NCBI RefSeq assembly: GCF_965196625.1
Contig: NZ_OZ239769.1
Location: 90,001 to 122,000, forward strand
Direction of reading: 5' to 3'
DNA length: 32,000 nt
Source: Candidatus Saccharimonadota bacterium
Lineage (GTDB): Bacteria; Bacteroidota; Bacteroidia; Cytophagales; Amoebophilaceae
Within the stretch, counting starts at the first letter, position 1, and the number at the start of each line of letters is the position of its first letter. Both the position numbers and the translations under genes were made by a program. The notes under the pieces were generated by a model, which was not told where the DNA came from, did not search any database, and saw only the letters and a program-made list of their open reading frames with translations. This document shows positions 1-8,673 of the stretch, one piece after another.

Positions 1-429
1 CCAACCTGGCTCAGTAGGGTAATGCACCACCTCCTGAATCTTAACCAGATCAGCACTGCTCATAAAAGTTTTACGGTGCAACGAATGGTTATTATGGGTA
101 TGCCCATTGTGTAAATAATAGACGGCTCCCGTTGGGTAGCCAGCCTCTAACTCAGAAAGATTTAATGCTTGGCTATTTTTTAATGTCATGACAAAAGAGA
201 GGGTAATGCCCTCTGCTTTTTGCTGAAACAACGTCAGTGGATCATCATAGTGCTGTGAAAGCCATATCAATTCTATGCCATCTGGATGGTCCAAGAGGCG
301 CACCCTACGTGCTGTCAGCCAGGCAGCAGTAGACTGAGTAGGCTGAATGGCAAAATCATTCTGGACATTACCGGATTTATAATAATCATTCGAAATAGCG
401 ATCCGAAATAATTTGGTTGTAAATGCCAT
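1..429 (-). CDS. Hypothetical protein, N-terminal part only (runs off the left edge); co-transcribed downstream partner of the DUF4255 gene
   Basis: My own translation of the minus strand from the ATG at 429-427 gives MAFTTKLFRIAISNDYYKSGNVQNDFAIQPTQSTAAWLTARRVRLLDHPDGIELIW... It stays open for all 143 codons to position 1. The start lies 5 nt after the TAA stop (437-435) of the upstream ORF. I do not recognise a family. Confidence 0.55.
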   Translation of the reverse strand, partial: MAFTTKLFRIAISNDYYKSGNVQNDFAIQPTQSTAAWLTARRVRLLDHPDGIELIWLSQHYDDPLTLFQQKAEGITLSFVMTLKNSQALNLSELEAGYPTGAVYYLHNGHTHNNHSLHRKTFMSSADLVKIQEVVHYPTEPGW

Positions 430-434
430 AGCGA

Positions 435-995
435 TTACCTTTCACGTGATGAAAATGCAGATACTACCTTTAAACCCATTGTAGCATCTCCTATAAATAT
501 AAGCCCTACCTTATACAACAAAGAAGGACTATAAGGCGTATGTAACGTTTTCCAAAGGATAGACTTTTCTGATGGCGTCATTTTAACGAGCTCAACCGAA
601 AAACTTTCAATCCCGAGTTCTTGTAAAACAGGGGTATTGGAAGTATCAAAGTGTGACTTACTTTGAAAAAATGCTGCAACATAAGCCAGTAATTCTAAAT
701 TTTTTAATAGGTCAGATAGTTTATAATCAGTAGAAAATAAAAAATAAAGATTAAATGCTTCTGGCCTTTTGCGTAAGATAAAACCATCTGCCTGTGGCAC
801 ATATTGCGTAGGATTGCTGCACAACTCTACTGAAGTAATATCTACCAATCTCATAATAATTCCCTTTGAAGACTTACTTTCTACCTGAGAATTTCCTAAG
901 ATTGACAAAGATATAGCTGGCTCCTTTACATTCGATTTAGACTGAATGTATTGATTTACCTCAGACAATATAGTGTGCGTGCAATGATGTAGCAT
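435..995 (-). CDS. DUF4255 / Pvc16_N-like protein (Afp16/Pvc16-type component of contractile injection systems)
   Basis: 186 aa. The N-terminus (MLHH..ILSEVNQYIQ) and the C-terminal block FNLYFLFS...LELLAYVAAFFQSKSHF...ILWKTL..PYSPSLLYKVGLIFIG match my recollection of the DUF4255 pattern (LNLYxLF ... FFQ ... LW..LG..PS.lYKv). This rests on recall, not an HMM score. Confidence 0.65.
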   Translation of the reverse strand: MLHHCTHTILSEVNQYIQSKSNVKEPAISLSILGNSQVESKSSKGIIMRLVDITSVELCSNPTQYVPQADGFILRKRPEAFNLYFLFSTDYKLSDLLKNLELLAYVAAFFQSKSHFDTSNTPVLQELGIESFSVELVKMTPSEKSILWKTLHTPYSPSLLYKVGLIFIGDATMGLKVVSAFSSRER

Positions 996-1050
996 GTTTA
1001 GTCTCTTTATCGTTTGTACTGTATGCTCACACTAATGGCTACAAAAGCGC

Positions 1051-1072
1051 AAAAAACAGGCTTGCTAGCCTG
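1051..1072 (-). terminator. Possible intrinsic terminator downstream of atpC
   Basis: On the minus strand: CAGGCT-AGCA-AGCCTG (6-bp stem, 4-nt loop) followed directly by TTTTTT. It lies about 190 nt after the atpC stop and before the DUF4255 gene start. Confidence 0.4.
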
Positions 1073-1259
1073 GCAGTTTCTTTTTACCAATCTGTTCAAA
1101 TAAATGCAAGCAAGGAATAATGCCCAATATATCACATTTTTAGATTACTTTTTACTCAGAAACAAAAGAATCACTATTCTTTTACTTAAAAAGCGCAAAG
1201 CAAAACCAGCGCCAGCCGGCCTAAGCAGCAGCTGCTGCGCGCCAACTCGGCTATATAGC

Positions 1260-1514
1260 TTAATGGCCTTGTTCGATAGGGTCACAAACTACTATAAGCT
1301 GGTTGTCGGCTATTGAGGTAAAACCACCCTTTACTGCAACGGAGGATGACACTGCTCCAACGCTATAGGTGATCTGCCCAGCTACCAAACTGCTTAGCGT
1401 AGGTGCATGATGGGAAAGTACCTGAAATGGACCAAGCGCACCTGGCAACATTACATGATCCACCACTCCATTAAAAATGCTACCATTAGGCGCTATGATA
1501 GATAGATGCATCAT
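1260..1514 (-). CDS. atpC: F0F1 ATP synthase subunit epsilon (short Bacteroidota-type)
   Basis: 84 aa. The stretch SIIAPNGSIFNGVVDHVMLPGALGPFQVLSHHAPTLSSLVAGQITY is the typical epsilon N-terminal beta-sandwich pattern (..v.lPG..G.f.iL..HaP..s.L..G...). Confidence 0.85.
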   Translation of the reverse strand: MMHLSIIAPNGSIFNGVVDHVMLPGALGPFQVLSHHAPTLSSLVAGQITYSVGAVSSSVAVKGGFTSIADNQLIVVCDPIEQGH

Positions 1515-2099
1515 TCTAACTTATACTACTTTTACTACTTTACAGACCATCACCTACAACCTAAACAACTGATTGCTTTACTTACTTCTTATAAACGAAA
1601 GGTAACCAAAAGGTTTTTTAAAAGCAAATGCGCTTACACGATTGCCCATACAATTTAGATGCCGATTGATACGATTATTCGTTTATCGAGGGCTACCATA
1701 CCGCCTAATGGCCTCCTGAATTTGAAATAGATGGATCATGGCCATAAGCCCCTCCCTTAGAAGGTGCTTAAAGGCCCAATGTGTAGTGATATAGAAGCTA
1801 ACAGTAGCCGAAAAGGAAAACAATAAAGCTTGCCTTAAATCTTTACTTACTTACGAAAGTATTTGTCTCGTACGTAATGAAACAACAAATAATTCATTGC
1901 AATCATGTATAATGCTATTGCAATGGCAAAGCCAGTTTTAAATGATATCATAGACAAAAAACAATAAAGCATTCTATTAAAAGAAATAGAATGCTCTTAA
2001 TCTACAATTATTGTCGAAACAATCCAAAAAAATATCTAAAATAGCGCATGATACTAGGTTCCCTACTATGCTATAGGAAGGGATTTTATCTGTTCATGC

Positions 2100-2330
2100 A
2101 ATGGCGTCAACTTAAGGATTATATTGTATTGATTTTTATATAAAATATCATTTTAATGGGCGGGTTATGCCCATTGCGTGAAGTTAAAGCGCTAATGGGC
2201 ACGGATAAAAAGTTGGCGCGCAGCAAAAATATTAAGCGTTCAGAGTATATTGGTTCTGAACACTAAATCAGATTCTCCTCTTCTGCCTACTGGATCCACA
2301 AAGCTTTTATCGGTTAACTTGAAATTTGAC
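2100..2330. repeat. Copy A of a palindromic MITE-like repeat family (terminal motif AATGGCGTCAACTTAAGG)
   Basis: Starts with aatggcgtcaacttaagg (2100-2117). It contains attttaatgggcgg and ggataaaaagttggcgcgcagcaaaaat, which is near-identical to 12413-12440. There is a central hairpin gttcaga..tctgaac and a degenerate right arm aagcttttatcggttaac (2301-2316). Confidence 0.7.
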
Positions 2331-2470
2331 TGATCTATTGCACTAAATATCTCTATAGATAGGTTAGCAGCTAGAAAATCTAGCATAGCCTCCTTGTTAC
2401 AAAAAGTACTTTTAAACATACTATCGTGCGGCTTATCCGCTCCCTTTTTTCTTTCAAAAAAGGGCTGCTC

Positions 2471-3418
2471 TCAAATAAGCTTGTTTTGCTTTAAGCGATT
2501 CCATTCTCGAATAAACAGACCTGTTCTGAGCGAATTATCTGAAATAATGATTTCCTGTAGATTACATGTGGTAAGAATCACTTTAATCAAGCAGGCTGAC
2601 AATGGGATTAACTTTAAAAAAACAGGTTCAACAGAAAGCTTTTCTTGCCAAACAGATGCAGGGGTGGTTTGTATCACTTTGTAAATGTTAAAGAACTGCT
2701 CTGCAGATACTCTTTTTATGCTACCCTCTGTTTGCGTAGTGGAAAGGTTATAGTGGCATTTGTATAACATTAATAATGTGCGAAAAGCACCAGAGCTTCC
2801 AATGAGCTGACTAGGGCTATACAGTTTAGTTTGCGCAAAAAGCGGCGCCAAAGCAGTACAGTAATAATCTTCTAAAAGGGCTGCTTCAAGGGGGGTAATA
2901 GGGTCACTATAGGCAAACTGAGCAGCCACACGCCGTATGCCTAGTGCAAAACTTCTTTCCCATAATGGTTTTAAGTAGTTAAAGATGATGCACTCCACAC
3001 TCCCACCGCCTATATCCATAATTAAGCCATACGCATCTGTTAAGGTAAAGTAAGAGCTGATCCCATAATAAATTAGAGCAGCTTCCTCCATACCAGAAAT
3101 AACTTCTACTTGAATATCCGTTTTAAAACGAATCGCTTCAATGACCTCAGCTGCATTAGGTGCATCCCGTAAGAGGCTTGTAGCCTTGGCAACAATAAAG
3201 GGCACACCATCTATGTCTAACTTTTTTTTAATGGCTACCAAGGTATCTACAATATTTTTTTGTTCCTCTAATGAAATGTGCATGGCATAGAGGGGCTGTT
3301 GCACCATAGCTTTTGTAATTTTTTCTTCATAAAGCACGGTATATTTTTCTTGGTCAACTGCTCCTACTAAAACATTTATCACATTTGTACCTAAATCAAT
3401 GACAGCTAACTTTGACAT
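2471..3418 (-). CDS. Ppx/GppA family phosphatase (exopolyphosphatase-like)
   Basis: 315 aa. N-terminal AVIDLGTNVINVLV, then KATSLLRDAPNA, VISGMEEAALIYYG and MDIGGGSVE. These are the ASKHA-fold motifs typical of Ppx/GppA. Confidence 0.8.
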   Translation of the reverse strand: MSKLAVIDLGTNVINVLVGAVDQEKYTVLYEEKITKAMVQQPLYAMHISLEEQKNIVDTLVAIKKKLDIDGVPFIVAKATSLLRDAPNAAEVIEAIRFKTDIQVEVISGMEEAALIYYGISSYFTLTDAYGLIMDIGGGSVECIIFNYLKPLWERSFALGIRRVAAQFAYSDPITPLEAALLEDYYCTALAPLFAQTKLYSPSQLIGSSGAFRTLLMLYKCHYNLSTTQTEGSIKRVSAEQFFNIYKVIQTTPASVWQEKLSVEPVFLKLIPLSACLIKVILTTCNLQEIIISDNSLRTGLFIREWNRLKQNKLI

Positions 3419-3473
3419 GTTTATTTAAAATTAAAAGGCTGTTCTATGGCTTATTGGGTGTAAGCCGATACAA

Positions 3474-4331
3474 CTAAATCACTATTTTCTTTTCTAAGAA
3501 AAAGATACTCCATTTTAGATAAAATGTCATATCGAACATTACTTTATTTACCATTCTGCCATAACCTGGAACAAAATAGTTCGATATCCGACGGTCATTA
3601 TTTTTTTGGGCATGCAAAAGATGACCTACGCCAACCTGCATGCCTCCATAAATTTGAGGGAATAATCTAAGCTCAGATCCGCCAACGAGTTTGCCCCAAC
3701 CTACTGCAAGGCGATTGGAGGAGGGGGCTATGTGCGCATCATACGCAATAAACTCAAATTGGCTTTGCCCATACGCCACACCAAAATAGGCATTATTAAG
3801 CTGATTGAGGGGCATTACATACAAAAGGGCTACTACACCATATCCACCTTTTGACTTATATTTTAACTCATTTGGATGGATTATATCTTTGGGGTGATAA
3901 GCGGCATATCCGATGTCAAAAGATAACTGTATAGGGCCGGAAAAGTGAAAATCAACGCCTCCCCCATAGCTTTTTTTCTCATTGGACCACAAATTTCGTA
4001 AGCATTCCAACCAGTTTATTCTTACCCCAACCTGCTGTATAAAAGGAACATAATGAGGTATATCTATGGATTTTGGCAGCAAATAGAGGTACAAAAGGTC
4101 CATGACATCTCTATGTGCTACTTTGACCAATGGCAAGGCTTCTTTTTCCATTTGCACACCATCTTCTGCTAAAGATGGATGGTCCGATTCCAGAGGAGGA
4201 TCTGCTTTTTCCTCTTGAAGGAGCCTACTAACCGGAAGATTGCTATGCGGGTTTGCGCCAATGGCGGTAATGCCAAACCATGTATGGGCAACGATAGCGC
4301 CCAAAATTCTTATTTTTAATGCAGACTGCAT
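3474..4331 (-). CDS. Hypothetical secreted protein, possibly an outer-membrane beta-barrel
   Basis: 285 aa. Signal-peptide-like N-terminus (MQSALKIRILGAIVAHTWFGITAIGA). The C-terminal two thirds are rich in alternating aromatic and Gly segments (GVDFHFSGPIQLSFDIGYAAY, AYFGVAYGQSQFEFIAY). No family recognised. Confidence 0.5.
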   Translation of the reverse strand: MQSALKIRILGAIVAHTWFGITAIGANPHSNLPVSRLLQEEKADPPLESDHPSLAEDGVQMEKEALPLVKVAHRDVMDLLYLYLLPKSIDIPHYVPFIQQVGVRINWLECLRNLWSNEKKSYGGGVDFHFSGPIQLSFDIGYAAYHPKDIIHPNELKYKSKGGYGVVALLYVMPLNQLNNAYFGVAYGQSQFEFIAYDAHIAPSSNRLAVGWGKLVGGSELRLFPQIYGGMQVGVGHLLHAQKNNDRRISNYFVPGYGRMVNKVMFDMTFYLKWSIFFLEKKIVI

Positions 4332-4352
4332 AGTTAAAATACCAATATGATT

Positions 4353-5318
4353 TCAAGTGTACATTGAGCCATGCGGCTGATCTTCAAAGACAGCCATGAC
4401 CCATCTTTCTTTTTGATGCATATCTTTATGTATGCATATTTGCTTAAAATTTGCGCGATGTAGTAAATCTACAATCTTTTCACCGAATGCTTCATTGATT
4501 TCTACACATAGTATGCCATTTAGGTCTAAATGAAGCGCAGCAAGCTGGATAATCCGCCTGTAAAACAAGAGCGGATCATCATCAGGCACAAACAAGGCCA
4601 AATGGGGTTCATAGTCTAACACATTTGCATGCATAAACGACTGCTCTTGCATGCGCACATAGGGGGGATTGCTAACGATTAGCGACCAGCTAGATGGAGG
4701 CAATGGCGCTGTTAGGATATCAGCTTCTATAAAATGGACGGCTGCACCTAATGCGGCTGCATTATAAGCAGCAACGGCTAGTGCTTCTTTACTGATGTCA
4801 ATAGCATCTACTAAGGCCTGTGGAAATTGCTGCTTGAGCGTAATGGCAATACAACCACTACCAGTTCCTATATCTAGGATAGCGGTAGGATGTACAAGAT
4901 GATCCATTAAGAAAGTTACCCATTCTTCTGTTTCTGGCCGTGGAATGAGTACAGCAGGGGTTACTTTAAAAGAATTACCAGCAAAATAAGTAGATCCAAT
5001 CACATATTGAATGGGTTCATGCTGTTTTAATCTATTTACTCCATCTAAAAGCTGCTGCAGCAGCATAGGCGAAATGGTACAGCTTGGATTTAAAACATAG
5101 TCTGTTGCATCAACTTGTAAATGTGCCTCCAGCAATTGTTGAACGATAGCAGCGCATTCTGATCTATTTGGTAGCGCCAACGCTTGACAGCATAGATCTG
5201 ATAGCACGCGAAGCGGTATGACCACTTCAGAAGTTTCCGAATGAGACAATAGATTCATTAGATTTTTGCAATACACTTTGCTGGGTTGCTTAAACTGCTT
5301 ATGCGCTTTATCCTTCAA
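4353..5318 (-). CDS. prmC: Peptide chain release factor N5-glutamine methyltransferase (HemK/PrmC)
   Basis: SAM-binding LDIGTGSGCIAI and the catalytic NPPY motif (IVSNPPYV). The true start may be the internal Met at about 5258 (MNLLSH...). Confidence 0.85.
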   Translation of the reverse strand: MKDKAHKQFKQPSKVYCKNLMNLLSHSETSEVVIPLRVLSDLCCQALALPNRSECAAIVQQLLEAHLQVDATDYVLNPSCTISPMLLQQLLDGVNRLKQHEPIQYVIGSTYFAGNSFKVTPAVLIPRPETEEWVTFLMDHLVHPTAILDIGTGSGCIAITLKQQFPQALVDAIDISKEALAVAAYNAAALGAAVHFIEADILTAPLPPSSWSLIVSNPPYVRMQEQSFMHANVLDYEPHLALFVPDDDPLLFYRRIIQLAALHLDLNGILCVEINEAFGEKIVDLLHRANFKQICIHKDMHQKERWVMAVFEDQPHGSMYT

Positions 5319-5584
5319 ATATAAAAAGTTAATCTATAAACTAGCATAAAAATAGACGGCTTGCATAACCTATTTGTGATCAGCAACTTTTAGGAGAAAC
5401 ACAATCGAGCAGACTGTTTTACCCATCAAATGCTATGACAATAAACTGTTTTTATCAAATTATGGCTAAAGTTTATAAAAAAATCGTATAACACGCTATA
5501 AAAAAGCAATTTCTTAAGATTAAACAGAGCTAAAATTAGCAAGTTTGTATTGGTTTTTATAATTTTATTTTATAAAATTGTTGT

Positions 5585-6823
5585 TTGTATTTTTTAAAGG
5601 ATCTAGTCGTTATGTTAATGTATAGGCATAGTCAATCTAACCTAGTGGCCCATGAAGCGGGTAAAACGGCTATTCTAGTAGCCTTGGTTACCCCCCAGCA
5701 GCCTCTAACGAAAACAGAAGAGTATCTTACAGAGTTGGCCTTTCTGGCAGGTACTTGGGGGTTAAAAATTGTTAAATTGTTTATGCAAAGGTTGGATTAT
5801 CCACATGGTGCTACCTTTGTAGGTAAGGGGAAACTAGAAGAAATAGCTGCTTTTATAAAAGTAGAAAAGGTTGACTACGCTATTTTTGACGATGAGCTTT
5901 CTCCCTCACAAGCGCGCAATCTAGAAAAGTCACTGGCCTGCGAGATATTGGATAGAAGTTTATTGATCCTGAATATCTTTTCGATGCGTGCCCAAACCAA
6001 ACAAGCAAGAACACAGGTGGAATTGGCACAGTATCAATATTTATTGCCAAGACTTACGAGAATGTGGACCCACCTTTCGAGTCAAAAAGGGGGTAGTGCA
6101 GGTATGCGTGGCCCTGGGGAAAAAGAATTAGAGACGGATAAAAGAATTATTCAACATAAAATTACCAGGTTGCGTGAGAAGTTGGCCAGCATCACACAAC
6201 AATGTATGATTAGGCGTAAGGGGCGGGCTGATTTGGTTCGTGTTGCCTTGGTAGGGTATACGAATGTAGGAAAGTCTACTTTAATGAAGCTATTATCTAA
6301 GTCAGATATCTTAGCTGATAATAAATTATTTGCCACAGTAGATGCTACTGTACGCAAGGTAGTATTAAATAACCATCCTTTTTTACTAACGGATACGGTA
6401 GGCTTTATTCGTAAGCTACCCCATACCTTGGTGGAATGTTTTAAGTCTACATTAGCAGAAATTAAGGAGGCTGACTTGCTGTTACATGTCATAGATGCAT
6501 CGCATGAAAGCTTCCAAGAGCAAATGGCTATAGTGAATCAGACTTTAGCCGAAATAGGTGCAGAGGGCTTGCCAAGAATTTTAGTATTCAATAAGATCGA
6601 CATCATTGCACCAAGCAAGGAAGATATAACCAGGACTGCGCAAGCAATAGATACACCCGTAGAAGTTGCTTTAAGAACCGGAAGATATAGCCATTCATAT
6701 AATGGCCATCCTGCGGTTTTTATCTCCGCAACAAAAGGGCTACATATAGCACTTTTAAAAGAAAGTATTACCAAAGAAATAGAACGGGTGCAGGTAACCA
6801 GGTATATAAAAGCTAGTTATTAA
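5585..6823 (+). CDS. hflX: GTPase HflX
   Basis: HflX N-domain (LFMQRLDYPHGATFVGKGKLEEI, ELAQYQYLLPRL) followed by G-domain motifs: G1 GYTNVGKST, G3 DTVGF, G4 NKID. The ORF-track start is a TTG; the ATG at 5612 is an equally plausible start. Confidence 0.9.
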   Translation: MYFLKDLVVMLMYRHSQSNLVAHEAGKTAILVALVTPQQPLTKTEEYLTELAFLAGTWGLKIVKLFMQRLDYPHGATFVGKGKLEEIAAFIKVEKVDYAIFDDELSPSQARNLEKSLACEILDRSLLILNIFSMRAQTKQARTQVELAQYQYLLPRLTRMWTHLSSQKGGSAGMRGPGEKELETDKRIIQHKITRLREKLASITQQCMIRRKGRADLVRVALVGYTNVGKSTLMKLLSKSDILADNKLFATVDATVRKVVLNNHPFLLTDTVGFIRKLPHTLVECFKSTLAEIKEADLLLHVIDASHESFQEQMAIVNQTLAEIGAEGLPRILVFNKIDIIAPSKEDITRTAQAIDTPVEVALRTGRYSHSYNGHPAVFISATKGLHIALLKESITKEIERVQVTRYIKASY

Positions 6824-6839
6824 CTGTATCTATTCATCC

Positions 6840-7019
6840 AATGGCGATTGTCTTGATAGGCTGCTCCTATGCCCCCGCTTACAGCCCTCGATAAATGAAT
6901 TTTTACTGTGTGCCAAATTCCTTTATCGGCAACCGCAAGCGAAGAGAGGATAGGAACCATTCGTAAAATGCCTTTTGCACTTCTGTATTAGAATACTGTT
7001 TCCTTAAGTTGATACCATT
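6840..7019. repeat. Copy D of the same MITE-like repeat family
   Basis: The left end is aatggcgattg (6840-). Internally it has cctttatcggcaaccgc (compare ttttatcggcagccg at 17505 and tttatcggcggcc at 12571). The right end is ccttaagttgataccatt (7002-7019), the inverted terminal motif. Confidence 0.6.
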
Positions 7020-7035
7020 GCTTGAACAGATACCA

Positions 7036-8163
7036 TTAATCTAAAAGCTTATATCTCCAATGTGCTGCCTCACCATATTCTGCTATATGATCCATTCGTT
7101 CCGTACGGACTTGCATCTCTAATCGTCCATATTTGTAGGTCTCAAAGGTAAGATGAAGCGATTCATAGCTACTATCTCTTGGTATACTAATCCAGTCTCG
7201 CATAATATTACAGACCGGTTTATAAAGATCACTAACAATGCTAAGTACCCTCCAGCAGGCTATCTTTTCTTCTTGTAGGGTCTTGCCATCCATACTCCTT
7301 AAAATGATTCTAATAGCAGCAAGATCATGTATTTGATCAACATCAACATTTAACCTTTGAATCTTATGCCAAATAGAATAAATAGACTTAATACGCTTTT
7401 TTAATACGAAATCAATACCATGTGCTTGAACAGCCGAATGAATCTCCTCAGAAATAAGATCTAGCTTTTGCTGCCTTTGCAGCTTGGTCATGCCAATCTT
7501 GGCAGTAATGGAATAATAGGTCAAAGCATCTGTATACTTTAACCAAAAGTCTGCGAGTTTAGCTTGAATGTTATACAACCGCATTCTATGCGCAAGTGGG
7601 ATGTAAAAAGATTTTAAATCAAACAAAAGTTTATTACTAGAATAGTAGATCAATTCTGAATCTAAACTTTCCAATGGTACACCACTATAGTTTACGCGAA
7701 TGATGTCACAAATTTGTAATAAGATTGCTAAAACACGGGGCGCTGCCGTATCAGGCACATGGCGACAATTCAGCAGTGCACTACGACGCAACTTGCAACG
7801 CTTAAACCTATTCAACTCCACCAATATAGAAACTATCTTTAAACCAAAACGTTTTTGAATGGCTTCTTTGCGCACTAAGCCCTGCAAAAAAGAAGGCGCC
7901 AAGATGGCAGCAATAACAGCAGAAAGCCCCAAGGACATCTCCGTAGCAGCAATAACAGCTACCTCTATAGATGACTTTAGGGAAAGCTTGAACATTTTTG
8001 AATCTGCCTGCGTTTCAAAGCTTTCTGAAAATGCACAAGCCTCATGTATCTTCGACCAGGAATGTTTCATATCCTTTGGTGTTTCAGACACTACCTTTGC
8101 AAGCTGATGCAAATTCCAATCACTCAAATCAAGCATTTTATTTCTTTTCATGACGCTATACAA
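7036..8163 (-). CDS. Truncated RelA/SpoT homolog: degenerate HD domain plus (p)ppGpp synthetase domain, no TGS/ACT C-terminal region
   Basis: 375 aa. Synthetase motifs are present: KKRIKSIYSIWHKI, DLAAIRIIL, YESLHLTF, EMQVRTERMDHIAEYGEAAHWRYK. The ORF stops 4 codons after HWRYK. In the HD region the expected H..HD..ED residues read SSIEVA...AAILAPSFLQG. Confidence 0.8.
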   Translation of the reverse strand: MYSVMKRNKMLDLSDWNLHQLAKVVSETPKDMKHSWSKIHEACAFSESFETQADSKMFKLSLKSSIEVAVIAATEMSLGLSAVIAAILAPSFLQGLVRKEAIQKRFGLKIVSILVELNRFKRCKLRRSALLNCRHVPDTAAPRVLAILLQICDIIRVNYSGVPLESLDSELIYYSSNKLLFDLKSFYIPLAHRMRLYNIQAKLADFWLKYTDALTYYSITAKIGMTKLQRQQKLDLISEEIHSAVQAHGIDFVLKKRIKSIYSIWHKIQRLNVDVDQIHDLAAIRIILRSMDGKTLQEEKIACWRVLSIVSDLYKPVCNIMRDWISIPRDSSYESLHLTFETYKYGRLEMQVRTERMDHIAEYGEAAHWRYKLLD

Positions 8164-8499
8164 TCAAAAGTTTTTTACATAAACCTATTCCCGTAGCCTA
8201 CGGCATAGGCCCATGCCTCACTTCAAGTAAAGTTTATCACTTCGCTTCAAAGTTACAACTTTATTAAATTTGTATGGTACACAATAGAAGAAGCAATATT
8301 CCAACTCTTGGGAACCCTCTAAAACGAATGAATTATATATTTTAAATAAAGTCTATTAGAATTACAAAAAATAAAGCCAATATTTTTATAACTGCTTAAA
8401 TATTATTCTAATATCCAATAACAAAAAATATTTTACACAGTATTTTTAGCAAAATTTTTTACTTGACGCTTAGTCATTAAGTAGGCAGCAATTAATATG

Positions 8500-8583
8500 T
8501 ACCTGGGGCCGGAATCGAACCGGCACGATATCACTATCATTGGTTTTTGAGACCAACGCGTCTACCAATTCCGCCACCCAGGC
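8500..8583 (-). tRNA. tRNA-Leu (anticodon CAA), type II with long variable arm
   Basis: Minus-strand sequence GCCTGGGTGGCGGAATTGGTAGACGCGTTGGTCTCAAAAACCAATGATAGTGATATCGTGCCGGTTCGATTCCGGCCCCAGGTA. I folded it by hand: 7-bp acceptor, anticodon stem TTGGT/ACCAA with loop CTCAAAA, T-loop TTCGATT. Confidence 0.85.
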
Positions 8584-8590
8584 AAAAGAG

Positions 8591-8661
8591 AGGTCGCGAG
8601 TGGGTTCGAACCACCGTAAGAGGTTTTGCAGACCTCTGCCTAACCACTCGGCCACGCGACC
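8591..8661 (-). tRNA. tRNA-Cys (anticodon GCA)
   Basis: Minus-strand sequence GGTCGCGTGGCCGAGTGGTTAGGCAGAGGTCTGCAAAACCTCTTACGGTGGTTCGAACCCACTCGCGACCT. Acceptor GGTCGCG/CGCGACC, anticodon stem GAGGT/ACCTC with loop CTGCAAA, and a U73 discriminator as is typical for Cys. Confidence 0.85.
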
Positions 8662-8673
8662 CAAATAAAACCG

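Noticed and set aside
1104-1316. 70-aa plus-strand ORF between the DUF4255 gene and atpC
   Set aside because: Its 3' end overlaps atpC antisense. It has a low-complexity K/L-rich sequence with no recognisable motif. It spans the GC-rich palindrome gcagcagctgctgc (1225-1238) and the putative terminator, so it is most likely non-coding.
2394-2684. 96-aa plus-strand ORF
   Set aside because: It is antisense to the 3' end of the well-supported Ppx/GppA gene and has no motifs. It is a shadow ORF.
6151-6774. Minus-strand ORFs 6151-6492 and 6538-6774
   Set aside because: Both lie entirely antisense within hflX, whose GTPase motifs are unambiguous.
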